A stretch of DNA of 33,095 nucleotides, from the IMG/VR virus record IMGVR_UViG_3300045988_124089; one strand, given 5' to 3'. The first letter of the stretch is position 1, and each line of letters starts with the position of its first letter. The stretch is from a virus. Below the pieces are notes generated by a model. It was not told the origin of the DNA. It saw only the letters and a list, made by a program, of their open reading frames with translations, and made no database searches. The translations under genes were made by a program, and so were the position numbers. Shown here piece by piece: positions 6,853 to 14,972 of the stretch.

Positions 6853-6870
6853 TGCAAACGAGGCGGACAC

Positions 6871-7164
6871 ATGGCAAAGGAATATGCACAAGCGTTTTAT
6901 AAAAGCAAGACGTGGCAGCAGTGCCGGGACGCTTATGCTGCCAGTGTGGGCGGGCTGTGTGAGGAGTGCCTGAAGGATGGCATCATCACAGCGGGCGAGA
7001 TCGTTCACCACAAAATCCATGTGTCACCTGATACCATACAAAACCCGGATGTCCTGTTAAATTGGAATAATCTGGAGTTGGTCTGTCGGAGTTGTCATCT
7101 AAAATTACATGGCAATCAGAAAAGATATTCGGTTGACCCGGCGGGGCGTGTGATTCCGCGCTGA
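6871..7164 (+). CDS. Phage HNH endonuclease (packaging-associated)
   Basis: MAKEYAQAFYKSKTWQQCRDAY...CEEC...AGEIVHHKIHV...NLELVCRSCHLKLH gives CxxC...HH...N...CxxCH. GAGG RBS 7 nt upstream. It lies directly before terS/terL, as in HK97-like cos phages. Confidence 0.85.
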   Translation: MAKEYAQAFYKSKTWQQCRDAYAASVGGLCEECLKDGIITAGEIVHHKIHVSPDTIQNPDVLLNWNNLELVCRSCHLKLHGNQKRYSVDPAGRVIPR

Positions 7165-7288
7165 AATTTTGCGCATACTCCCCCCTGTCAAAAATATTTT
7201 GCTAACCACAGGAGACCGAGGGGCAAGGTTCATTTTTCCGCTCTCAGGATCTCAGGAATTTTTTTGGAAAGAAAGGAGTTGCAGGAAG
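7165..7288. other. Candidate cos / terminase recognition region
   Basis: Non-coding gap between HNH and terS, with a C-run (CTCCCCCCTG, 7179-7188) and tandem CTCAGGA x2 (7243-7257). The location is typical for cos in HNH-dependent packaging. No ends can be seen from sequence alone. Confidence 0.25.
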
Positions 7289-7633
7289 TTGGCGCAGAAA
7301 AGCACGACTTGTTCGAAATTGCTCCGAATGGCAAAGGATTACGGCGTGGAAAAAAACGCCCTTTTCCTGCAAGCCGTGGAGCAGTACGACGTTCAGGCGC
7401 GGGTGATCCAGAACATCAAAAACGCGCTGGACGAAGAGGATGGCCACCTTGTTACCTCGAAGGAGTATGTCAAGGGCCGTGAGAATATCTATGCAAACCC
7501 ACTGGTCAAAGAGCTGCCGAAGCACGCCGACGCGGCAAACCGCACACTCCAGACCATGTTGACCATCATCGAAAAGCTGGGAAAGGCCCCGGAGCCGAAA
7601 GACCGGCTGACGGAGATGCAGAAAGATGGATAA
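7289..7633 (+). CDS. terS: Terminase small subunit (P27-like)
   Basis: In-frame TTG 7289 lies 10 nt after GAAAGGAG (alternative ATG 7328). About 100-115 aa, overlaps the terL start, and has the C-terminal ...KLGKAPEPKDRL typical of P27-type terS. Confidence 0.6.
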   Translation: MAQKSTTCSKLLRMAKDYGVEKNALFLQAVEQYDVQARVIQNIKNALDEEDGHLVTSKEYVKGRENIYANPLVKELPKHADAANRTLQTMLTIIEKLGKAPEPKDRLTEMQKDG

Positions 7634-9275
7634 CTACATCTTTTCCTACTATCAGGCCATTGAGGACGGCTCCATCGTTGTGGGCCAGTGGATCAAACGA
7701 TTCTACCGCTATATTGTGAAGGGACTGCAAGAGCAGTCCTTTTTCTTTGACCAAAAACGCGCCTCCAAAGCGATCCGCTACATCGAAACATTCTGCCACC
7801 ACAGCGAAGGACGCTCTGACGTCATCAAGCTGGAACTGTGGCAGAAGGCTTTTGTTTCGGTGGTGTTCGGCATTCTGGACGGCAACGGAAACCGGCAGTT
7901 TCGCGAGGTCGTGCTCATTATGGCACGCAAGAACGGCAAAACGCTGTTTGCGTCGGCGATCATTTCCTATTGCACCTTTCTGGATGGCGAGTATGGTGCG
8001 AAGACCTTTTGCGTTGCGCCAAAGCTGGATCAGGCCGATTTGGTCTATGAGGCGTTTTGGCAGAGCACCGTCAACGAGCCGGAGCTTGCCCGGCGCATCA
8101 AGCGGCGCAAGTCTGACTTGTATGTGGCCGAGAGCAACAGCTCTATCAAAAAGATTGCTTTTAATGCAAAAAAATCTGATGGTTTTAATCCCTCGCTGAC
8201 CATCTGCGATGAGATCAGCTCATGGCCCGGCGATCAGGGCCTCAAGCAATACGAGGTCATGAAATCGGCCCTCGGTGCCCGGCGTCAGCCGCTGATCCTG
8301 AGCATTTCCACGGCGGGCTACATCAACGAGGGAATCTATGATGAGCTCATCAAGCGCAGCACCCGCTTTTTGCTGGGCGATTCCCGCGAAAAGCGGCTTG
8401 CGCCGTTTCTGTACATGATCGACGACATTGGCAAGTGGAACGATATCAACGAGCTGCGCAAATCCAACCCAAACCTCGGCGTTTCGGTCTCGGTGGACTA
8501 CCTGCTGGAAGAGATTGCCGTGGCAGAAGGGAGCCTTTCCAAAAAGGCGGAATTTATCACAAAATACTGCAACATCAAGCAGAACAGCTCACAGGCATGG
8601 CTCCCGACCGACGCCGTGGAAAAGTGCAGCGGAGAGCGCTTGAACTTCGAAAACTTCCGCTCCAGCTACTGCGTGGGCGGCATCGACCTGTCCCGAACCA
8701 CCGACCTGACCGCTTGCGTCGCCGTGGTCGAGAAAAACGACCGACTGAAAGTTTTCGCACAGTTTTTCCTTCCCAGCGAAAAGCTGGAAGAAGCCACGGC
8801 CCGCGATGGTCTGCCGTATCCGCTGTATGTCCAGCGTGGTCTGCTGAAACTGTCCGGCGAGAATTTCGTGGATTATCACGACTGCTTCGATTGGTTCCGA
8901 ATGCTGGTGGAGCAGTACCAGATTCTGCCGCTCAAGGTCGGATATGACCGCTATACCGCGCAGTATCTGGTGCAGGACATGGAAAACTATGGTTTTCAGA
9001 TGGATGACGTTTTTCAGGGCTTCAACCTGACGCCGGTCATCCGCGAGACCGAGGGCTTGATGAAAGATGGCGTGTTTGACATCGGCGACAACGACCTTCT
9101 CAAGGCCCACCTCCTCAACATGGGCATGAAGATGGATGTCGAGAGCGGGCGGATGCGCCCCGTCAAAATCAGCGTCAATGACCACATCGACGGCGGTGCC
9201 GCCCTGCTGGATGCTATGACCGTTCGGCAGAAGTGGGGCGCAGAGATCGGCCAGCAACTGAAAAACAAGGAGTGA
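7626..9275 (+). CDS. terL: Terminase large subunit
   Basis: 549 aa. Walker A-like LIMARKNGKT, Walker B/coupling ICDEISSW, and a C-terminal nuclease region with GIDLS...D. Canonical position. Confidence 0.93.
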   Translation: MDNYIFSYYQAIEDGSIVVGQWIKRFYRYIVKGLQEQSFFFDQKRASKAIRYIETFCHHSEGRSDVIKLELWQKAFVSVVFGILDGNGNRQFREVVLIMARKNGKTLFASAIISYCTFLDGEYGAKTFCVAPKLDQADLVYEAFWQSTVNEPELARRIKRRKSDLYVAESNSSIKKIAFNAKKSDGFNPSLTICDEISSWPGDQGLKQYEVMKSALGARRQPLILSISTAGYINEGIYDELIKRSTRFLLGDSREKRLAPFLYMIDDIGKWNDINELRKSNPNLGVSVSVDYLLEEIAVAEGSLSKKAEFITKYCNIKQNSSQAWLPTDAVEKCSGERLNFENFRSSYCVGGIDLSRTTDLTACVAVVEKNDRLKVFAQFFLPSEKLEEATARDGLPYPLYVQRGLLKLSGENFVDYHDCFDWFRMLVEQYQILPLKVGYDRYTAQYLVQDMENYGFQMDDVFQGFNLTPVIRETEGLMKDGVFDIGDNDLLKAHLLNMGMKMDVESGRMRPVKISVNDHIDGGAALLDAMTVRQKWGAEIGQQLKNKE

Positions 9276-9279
9276 GATC

Positions 9280-10461
9280 ATGGGACTTTTTGAGTCAATT
9301 TTCGGCAAACAGAAAATTGCAAAGCCGTCGCAGGGATTTTGGACGCTGCTGGACGGGTACACTCCGACTTTTACCAGTTGGGGCGGCGAACTCTACGAGA
9401 GCGAGGTCATTCGTGCCGCTGTCCACGCAAGTGCGAACCATGTGAGCAAGCTCAGCGTCAAGGTGCTGGGCAGTGCACAGCCGGAGTTGCAAACCAGACT
9501 CCGCCATGCGCCGAACGAGTGGCAGACGTGGGGGCAGTTTTTGTACCGGCTCTCAACGATTTTGGATATGCAAAACACTGCTTTTATCGTCAAGATAAGA
9601 GATGAGTTTGACCATGTCACAGGTATTTATCCGCTTATGCCCAACATGTGCACGATCTTGTCTACACCAAACGGCCCGCTGCTCCGATATACGTTCCGAA
9701 ACGGGAAACAGGCCGACACGTTAATGAGTGATTGCGGGATTTTGACAAAATTCCAGTATCAAAACGATGTGTTCGGGGAAGACAACAAAGCGTTGAGCGC
9801 CACAATGGATCTTATCAACATCCAGAATCAGGGCATTCAGGAAGCTGTTAAAAATTCAGCTTCCTTCCGTTTTATGGCCCAGCTTAAGAATTTTGCAACA
9901 GCGAAAGACCTGAAAGAAGCGCGGGAAAATTTCAACAAAGAAAATCTTCAGGGCGAAGGCGGCGGAATGCTGCTTTTCCCCAATACCTACACCAACGTTC
10001 AGCAACTGAATAATACGCCCTATGTCGCCAGCAACGAGGAAATGGAGCGAATTCGGACTAATGTGTTCGATTATTTCGGCGTGAATGAAGATGTTTTGCA
10101 AAACAAAGCTTATGGTGATGCGTGGAATGCGTTTTACGAGGGCCGCATCAAACCGTTTGCAATCCAGTTCAGCGATGTTGTCAGCCGAATGCTGTTCAGC
10201 GACAACGAACGTGCACGCGGAACGCAGATCATGGCCACGAGCAACCGGCTGCAATACATGAGCAACACCGAAAAACTCAACGTTTCGGCCCAGATGGCCG
10301 ACCGGGGAATCATGAACCGGGATGAGATTCGCGAAATCTGGAACCTCGACCCGCTCCCGGATGGGCAGGGAAAAGCCTATACCATCCGCGGCGAGTATTA
10401 TCTGCTCAACGACAACGGCGAAGCGCCCAAGAAAGGAGAAAAAACACCAGATGCAAAATGA
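9280..10461 (+). CDS. Portal protein (HK97-family-like)
   Basis: 393 aa, directly after terL and before the prohead protease. AAGGAG RBS. Confidence 0.85.
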   Translation: MGLFESIFGKQKIAKPSQGFWTLLDGYTPTFTSWGGELYESEVIRAAVHASANHVSKLSVKVLGSAQPELQTRLRHAPNEWQTWGQFLYRLSTILDMQNTAFIVKIRDEFDHVTGIYPLMPNMCTILSTPNGPLLRYTFRNGKQADTLMSDCGILTKFQYQNDVFGEDNKALSATMDLINIQNQGIQEAVKNSASFRFMAQLKNFATAKDLKEARENFNKENLQGEGGGMLLFPNTYTNVQQLNNTPYVASNEEMERIRTNVFDYFGVNEDVLQNKAYGDAWNAFYEGRIKPFAIQFSDVVSRMLFSDNERARGTQIMATSNRLQYMSNTEKLNVSAQMADRGIMNRDEIREIWNLDPLPDGQGKAYTIRGEYYLLNDNGEAPKKGEKTPDAK

Positions 10462-11089
10462 AAAGCTTTTGAAAAAGCTGGAGGATGGGCGGGAGTACCG
10501 CGCCATGCGGCTTTCCGTCCGCTCCGATGAGGGTGCCGATTCCTCCATGGTTGTAGAAGGCTATGCGGCCACCTTCAACCAGCCCTATTTACTGTTCGAA
10601 GGCCGGGACTACAAGGTTATGGAACAGATCGATCCCAATGCGTTCAAAGAATGCGACATGTCCGATGTCATTTTCCAGTACGACCACACCGGGCGTGTCT
10701 TTGCAAGGACAAAAAACAACACCCTGACCTGTTCCACGGACGGGACGGGTCTGAAAATCACGGCAGACCTCGGCGGTACCGAAATTGGGCGGCAGTTGTT
10801 TGCCGAGATCAGGGATGGGTACACCGACAAGATGTCTTTCGGTTTTTCGGTCGCCGAGGACAAACGCGAATCGACCGAAGATCACGAAACCGGGTTTGTG
10901 ACCCTGACCCGGACGATCACTAAATTCAAAAAGCTGTACGATGTCAGCGCTGTGAGCCTCCCGGCCAATGACGCGACATCGATCAGTGCCCGGAATCTCT
11001 CGGACGGATTGATCGGAGAGATCAGAGCGGAGCGACTCAAGAGGGCAAATACCGTCCGCAGAATCAACCTGAAACTTTTGGGAGTGTGA
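10451..11089 (+). CDS. Prohead (capsid maturation) protease, HK97 family
   Basis: ATG 10451 overlaps the portal end. Motifs VVEGYAATFN...DPNAF.....DVIFQYDH.....ART...L....DGTGLKITADL...G..L...I..G..DKMSFGF match the S78 HK97 gp4 pattern. Confidence 0.88.
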   Translation: MQNEKLLKKLEDGREYRAMRLSVRSDEGADSSMVVEGYAATFNQPYLLFEGRDYKVMEQIDPNAFKECDMSDVIFQYDHTGRVFARTKNNTLTCSTDGTGLKITADLGGTEIGRQLFAEIRDGYTDKMSFGFSVAEDKRESTEDHETGFVTLTRTITKFKKLYDVSAVSLPANDATSISARNLSDGLIGEIRAERLKRANTVRRINLKLLGV

Positions 11090-11094
11090 CAGAA

Positions 11095-12285
11095 ATGAAG
11101 AAAATTGAAGAGATGACCATCGAAGAGCTGCGCGCCTATGCTGCCGAGATCCGCACCAAGTCCGCAGACCCTGCCCTCGACGATGAGGCACTGGCTGAGC
11201 TGGAAAAGAATGCTGACGCCGTGTCTAAGCGCATTGCGGAATACAACGCCGCAGAACGGCGCAAGGCGCTGCTGAAGAAGTTTGGCGATGAAGGTATCCC
11301 GATGGAAAACCCGACCGTTGAGCCCACTGAAGCCGAGACCCGTGCTCAGAAATTCGCCGAGACCCGCACCGAGAAGATCAGCACCAAGGAAGTCCGTGCC
11401 ACCCTGATGAGCAGCGGCAAGCTGGCCGCGCCCGCTGGTGCGTCCGGCATCAATGATCTCATCGGCTCCAAGGTCTCCAGCATTGTGGACATGGTCAAGG
11501 TCGTCAACTGCGAGGGGATGCGCAGCAACGTGGTCGCCTATGTCAAGGCGGATGCAGACGCTGCGGCTGACCAGACCGAGGGCGGCGAAGCTACCGTCAA
11601 AGAGGCACAGTTCGACACCGTGACGATCAACCCCACCTCCGTGGCGGTTCTTTCCTATATCAGCAAGCAGGTCAAGAAGCAGTCCCCGCTTCTGTATGAG
11701 GCCAAGGTGCGCGAACAGGCTATCGTGAGTCTGCGCAAAAACGCCGCCGCGCTCATCACGCAGAAGCTCGTGGCCAGCACCCTCAACACCACCGTCGCGG
11801 CCACCAAGACCGGTGGCAAGGGCGTTGTTGATGCGACCACCCTGCGCAAGCTGGCGCTGGCCTATGGCGGCGATGAGAGCGTTGTGGGCGGCGCTGTGCT
11901 GTTCCTGCACAAGTCCGACCTGATCGCATTCGGCGACGTGCGCGGCACCAACGAGAAAAAGCCGGTTTATGAGATCACCCCGGACACCGACAACCCCAAC
12001 ACCGGCATCATCAAGGATGGCGGCCTGAGTGTGCGCTACTGCCTCAACAACAACCTGACGCCCTGCGCCGGTACTGCTGAAGACACCGCTGACGCCAAGA
12101 AGACCATGTTCTACGGCATCCCGACCTGTCTGGAGCTCGACCTGTTCAGCGATTACGAGATCTCGGTTTCCTCCGATTTTGCGTTCAACAAGCTGATGGA
12201 GACCATTCTGGGCGATGTGGAGCTGGGCGCTGATGTTGTCGTCAAGGGCGGCTTCGTGGCGCTGGAAATCCCGGCTAAGACCTGA
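11095..12285 (+). CDS. Major capsid protein, HK97 fold, with N-terminal coiled scaffold (delta) domain
   Basis: 396 aa. The N-terminal ~100 aa are charged and helical (EELRAYAAEIRTK...AELEKNADAVSKRIAEYN). Position follows the protease. Confidence 0.88.
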   Translation: MKKIEEMTIEELRAYAAEIRTKSADPALDDEALAELEKNADAVSKRIAEYNAAERRKALLKKFGDEGIPMENPTVEPTEAETRAQKFAETRTEKISTKEVRATLMSSGKLAAPAGASGINDLIGSKVSSIVDMVKVVNCEGMRSNVVAYVKADADAAADQTEGGEATVKEAQFDTVTINPTSVAVLSYISKQVKKQSPLLYEAKVREQAIVSLRKNAAALITQKLVASTLNTTVAATKTGGKGVVDATTLRKLALAYGGDESVVGGAVLFLHKSDLIAFGDVRGTNEKKPVYEITPDTDNPNTGIIKDGGLSVRYCLNNNLTPCAGTAEDTADAKKTMFYGIPTCLELDLFSDYEISVSSDFAFNKLMETILGDVELGADVVVKGGFVALEIPAKT

Positions 12286-12301
12286 TAAGGCGGTGTGACC
12301 T

Positions 12302-12598
12302 ATGACGCAGCTGGAAATGGTCAAGCGGGCGCTGCGCATCACGGCGGCAGTGTTTGACGATGAGCTTTCTGCCCTCATCGAGGCGGCGCTGGATGATCTG
12401 GAGATCGCTGGCGTGGCCGCACGGGGCAACCCGGACAAGCCGCTCATCGCCCGCGCCGTCACGACTTACTGCAAGGCCAACTTTGGCGAGCCGGACGATT
12501 ATGACCGGCTCAAGGAGTCCTATGATGAGCAAAAATCCCAGCTCATGACGGCCTTCGGCTACGCAGAGAGGGTGGTGACGGATGAAAAAATACGCTGA
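12302..12598 (+). CDS. Head-tail connector (gp6-like, DNA-packaging QLRG-type)
   Basis: 98 aa. LEMVKRALRI...DDELSALIEAALDDLEIAGV is the typical gp6-like N-terminus. Synteny supports the call. Confidence 0.7.
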   Translation: MTQLEMVKRALRITAAVFDDELSALIEAALDDLEIAGVAARGNPDKPLIARAVTTYCKANFGEPDDYDRLKESYDEQKSQLMTAFGYAERVVTDEKIR

Positions 12599-12890
12599 GG
12601 TGACGCTGATCGGCGAAGAGCTGACCCGGAACGAGCGCTCGGAACAGGTGGCGGTGCAGACGGAAACGTCTGTGATCGGCACGCTGTCCGGCGTCACGGC
12701 GTCTGAATTCTATCAGGCCGCAAATTCCGGCTATCGCCCGGAAATCGTCGTCACGATCTATGAGCAGGAATATGCTCAGCAGCGGCGCATCCGCGTGGGT
12801 GATGTTGTCTATACCGTCATCCGCACCTACCTTTCCGGCGACTATATTGAGCTGCACTGCCAGCGGAAAGGGGCGGATGAAGATGGCTAA
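12582..12890 (+). CDS. Head closure / head-tail adaptor protein
   Basis: 102 aa, overlapping neighbours. Size and position match SPP1 gp16/HK97 gp9-type adaptors. Confidence 0.6.
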   Translation: MKKYAEVTLIGEELTRNERSEQVAVQTETSVIGTLSGVTASEFYQAANSGYRPEIVVTIYEQEYAQQRRIRVGDVVYTVIRTYLSGDYIELHCQRKGADEDG

Positions 12891-13347
12891 CCCGCCCAGC
12901 GGCATGAAGATCACCAAGAATGGAGTTACCTACCAGTCCAACATCGACCGGACCAAGTACACCATTCAGGAACTCAGCCGCGCCGCCCTCCGCGATGTTG
13001 GCAAGTACGTCGTCAAACAGACCCGTACTGCATCCGGTGCCCGCAAGCACATGGGCAGACTCACCATCAAGTCCCGCTTTTATGGCAAAAGCGGGGCTTT
13101 TTCGTGGTGGGTGAGAAAGAAAGAGACCGACCTTCAAGTCGGAATCAAACACAATACATGGTACGGCGTATTGCAGGAACTCGGCGACGGAAACCAGCCG
13201 CCTAAGAAAATCCTGACGACCGCCGTACAGGAAAACATTGATGAGATACGCAGGATAGAGGGACACTACCTGTCCGCCGTCGAGGACGAAAACCGCGCCC
13301 TCGGCCTGATCGATGACGAGGAGATGGAGCCAAATGACACCGACTAG
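12877..13347 (+). CDS. HK97 gp10-like tail-attachment/neck protein
   Basis: Start ATG 12877 or 12883. The motif NTWYGVLQELGDGNQPPKKILTTAVQEN resembles HK97 gp10-family 'a.y...lE.G......p.PflrpA'. Confidence 0.6.
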   Translation: MKMANPPSGMKITKNGVTYQSNIDRTKYTIQELSRAALRDVGKYVVKQTRTASGARKHMGRLTIKSRFYGKSGAFSWWVRKKETDLQVGIKHNTWYGVLQELGDGNQPPKKILTTAVQENIDEIRRIEGHYLSAVEDENRALGLIDDEEMEPNDTD

Positions 13348-13711
13348 TACCACCTTCGAGCGGTTTACCGCTGCCATTGGCGAAAAACTCCGCGAAGTGT
13401 CCACAGTGGACACCGTTTTCTACGAGCGGAGCCGCGAGGCGGGCTTTCCGCGCATCTGCTACACCGCGACGGTGTGGACGAGCGACAGCACCCTTCGCGG
13501 CACCCTGTCCTGCACCATCTCCGGCAATGGTCTGCCCTCTGAGGTGGACCATATCGCGCAGACCCTGCTGGATGAGTTGAATGTTTTTTCTTCTTGCTCC
13601 GACGAGCTGACCTATTATCTCTACAACGGCAGGACTGCCCCTGTTGAGGATAGTGACAAGAGCGTCACTATCCGACTTTTGACATTTGAGTTTTTAGCGA
13701 TGGGAGGTTAA
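13334..13711 (+). CDS. Tail completion/terminator-like protein
   Basis: 125 aa, called by position between the neck genes and the major tail protein. Contains palindrome copy 3. Confidence 0.45.
   Translation: MTPTSTTFERFTAAIGEKLREVSTVDTVFYERSREAGFPRICYTATVWTSDSTLRGTLSCTISGNGLPSEVDHIAQTLLDELNVFSSCSDELTYYLYNGRTAPVEDSDKSVTIRLLTFEFLAMGG
13397..13413. repeat. Palindrome copy 3: GTGTCCA-CAG-TGGACAC (inside tail gene)
   Basis: Exact copy, translated as V-S-T-V-D-T. Confidence 0.9.
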
Positions 13712-13717
13712 CCATCT

Positions 13718-14329
13718 ATGGCACTTTTTAACCACAAGCGCATGACCGGCCAGACGACCCAGACCAAGGATCGTTTGCAGTTGGGCGCCGGTATTTACGT
13801 CCGCGATTATAACCCCAAGACCGACACCTACGAGAGCCTCCGGCAGGACCCCAGCAAGCTGCTGGGCGCAACGACCGGCGGCGGTACGTTCACGGGCTCG
13901 AAGGTTGGCCACTGGCTCCAGATCGACGGCACCCCGGAAAATACCAAAGGAAACTATATTCTGGATTACTGGAAGGCCAGCCTCCAGACCACCATGCAGG
14001 AGATCACGCCGGAAATTTTGCAGATGGGCATGGCCGCCGCAACCATCACCACCGGAAGCACTGATCTTGAGGGTTACAAGGTCATCACCCCGAAAGACAG
14101 TCTGGACGATGAGGATTACATCGACAGCCTGTCCTTTATCGGTCGGCTGAGCGGCAGCTCTCTGCCCATCGTGCTGACCATTTTTAACGCATTCAACACC
14201 GGCGACCTGTCGATGAACCCGCAGGATCAGAAAGAGACGACCATCGCTCTGACGTTTGACGCGAGCTATGACGCCGACGATCTGGACAAGCAGCCCTATG
14301 TGATCTACTACCCCACTAAGGCCGAATAA
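13718..14329 (+). CDS. Major tail protein
   Basis: 203 aa with GGGAGG RBS. Lies immediately upstream of the G/GT chaperone pair and the tape measure. Confidence 0.7.
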   Translation: MALFNHKRMTGQTTQTKDRLQLGAGIYVRDYNPKTDTYESLRQDPSKLLGATTGGGTFTGSKVGHWLQIDGTPENTKGNYILDYWKASLQTTMQEITPEILQMGMAAATITTGSTDLEGYKVITPKDSLDDEDYIDSLSFIGRLSGSSLPIVLTIFNAFNTGDLSMNPQDQKETTIALTFDASYDADDLDKQPYVIYYPTKAE

Positions 14330-14343
14330 GGGAGGATAAAACA

Positions 14344-14694
14344 ATGCGGAAACTGAATGGCGGCGATGTCTTTGCTGCGCTGCGCCTGATGCGTGCTCTG
14401 GACTTGACGGAGCCCATCAAGGCCATTGGCAAGCAACTGGAACAGGCCAAAACCAACGACGACAAGAGCGCGGCGGGGCTGCAATTTCTGGGCACGCTGC
14501 TGGAAAATGCAACCGACCCCAAGGCCGAGGAACTTATCTGGAACTTTTTGGCCGGGCCGTTTGAGAAAAAGAACGGTGCCGCAGCAAAGGCGATGGAGAT
14601 CAACGAGCTGGCTGATGCGGTCTGCGAATTGATGAAGGAGAATGATCTGGCCGGTTTTTTCGGCAAGGTGCGGCGGTTGATCCCGATGAAGTAA
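14344..14694 (+). CDS. Tail assembly chaperone (G-like, zero-frame product)
   Basis: 116 aa, acidic, directly upstream of the tape measure. Contains a slippery heptamer near its 3' end. Confidence 0.75.
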   Translation: MRKLNGGDVFAALRLMRALDLTEPIKAIGKQLEQAKTNDDKSAAGLQFLGTLLENATDPKAEELIWNFLAGPFEKKNGAAAKAMEINELADAVCELMKENDLAGFFGKVRRLIPMK

Positions 14695-14972
14695 TAGATG
14701 CGGTTTTGCACCGTTACGGCGGGAACATCCGCTTTTTTGATGCGTGGACATGGGAAGAGACGGTGGCGTTTTTGCCGAAAATCCTCAAATTCGCGGCGGA
14801 AGATCAACTGCGGCTGCGGTGGTATCTCCGCTATGAGGAGGCATACCCGCACTTTGAGGATTTCAAGGCCGCACTCCTTCCCGCAGCGCCCGCACCAAAG
14901 GAAAAAGTCGAGTCTATCGTCGCCGACTCCTTGAAACTGCTGAATCTGGATTGGAGGGCCGAAAATGGCTAG
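14655..14972 (+). CDS. -1 frameshift extension of the tail assembly chaperone (GT-like product, 14344..14661 joined to the -1 frame through 14972)
   Basis: Slippery T_TTT_TTC at 14655-14661 in the X_XXY_YYZ register of the 14344 frame. The -1 frame is open from the slip site to TAG 14970-14972 (ORF 14706-14972 is its 3' part). It ends overlapping the TMP start. Confidence 0.7.
   Translation, partial: FFRQGAAVDPDEVIDAVLHRYGGNIRFFDAWTWEETVAFLPKILKFAAEDQLRLRWYLRYEEAYPHFEDFKAALLPAAPAPKEKVESIVADSLKLLNLDWRAENG

Noticed and set aside
6332-6973. 213-aa + strand ORF covering the late leader
   Set aside because: - It starts inside the GTCCG tandem repeats, which translate as VRFVRNVRFVRNVRNVRF.
- It has no RBS.
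- It runs through the tRNA-like element and overlaps the well-supported HNH gene out of frame.
- The region is better explained as structured non-coding RNA.
10882-12462. 526-aa minus-strand ORF antisense to the capsid gene. Similar long antisense ORFs occur at 3079-3903, 4439-5410, 8589-9362, 15334-16767, 18839-20242 and 21429-22187.
   Set aside because: - They are typical stop-poor antisense frames of GC-rich coding DNA.
- Their composition is low-complexity and Arg/Gly/Ala-rich.
- They have no RBS.
- Each fully overlaps a well-supported + strand phage gene.
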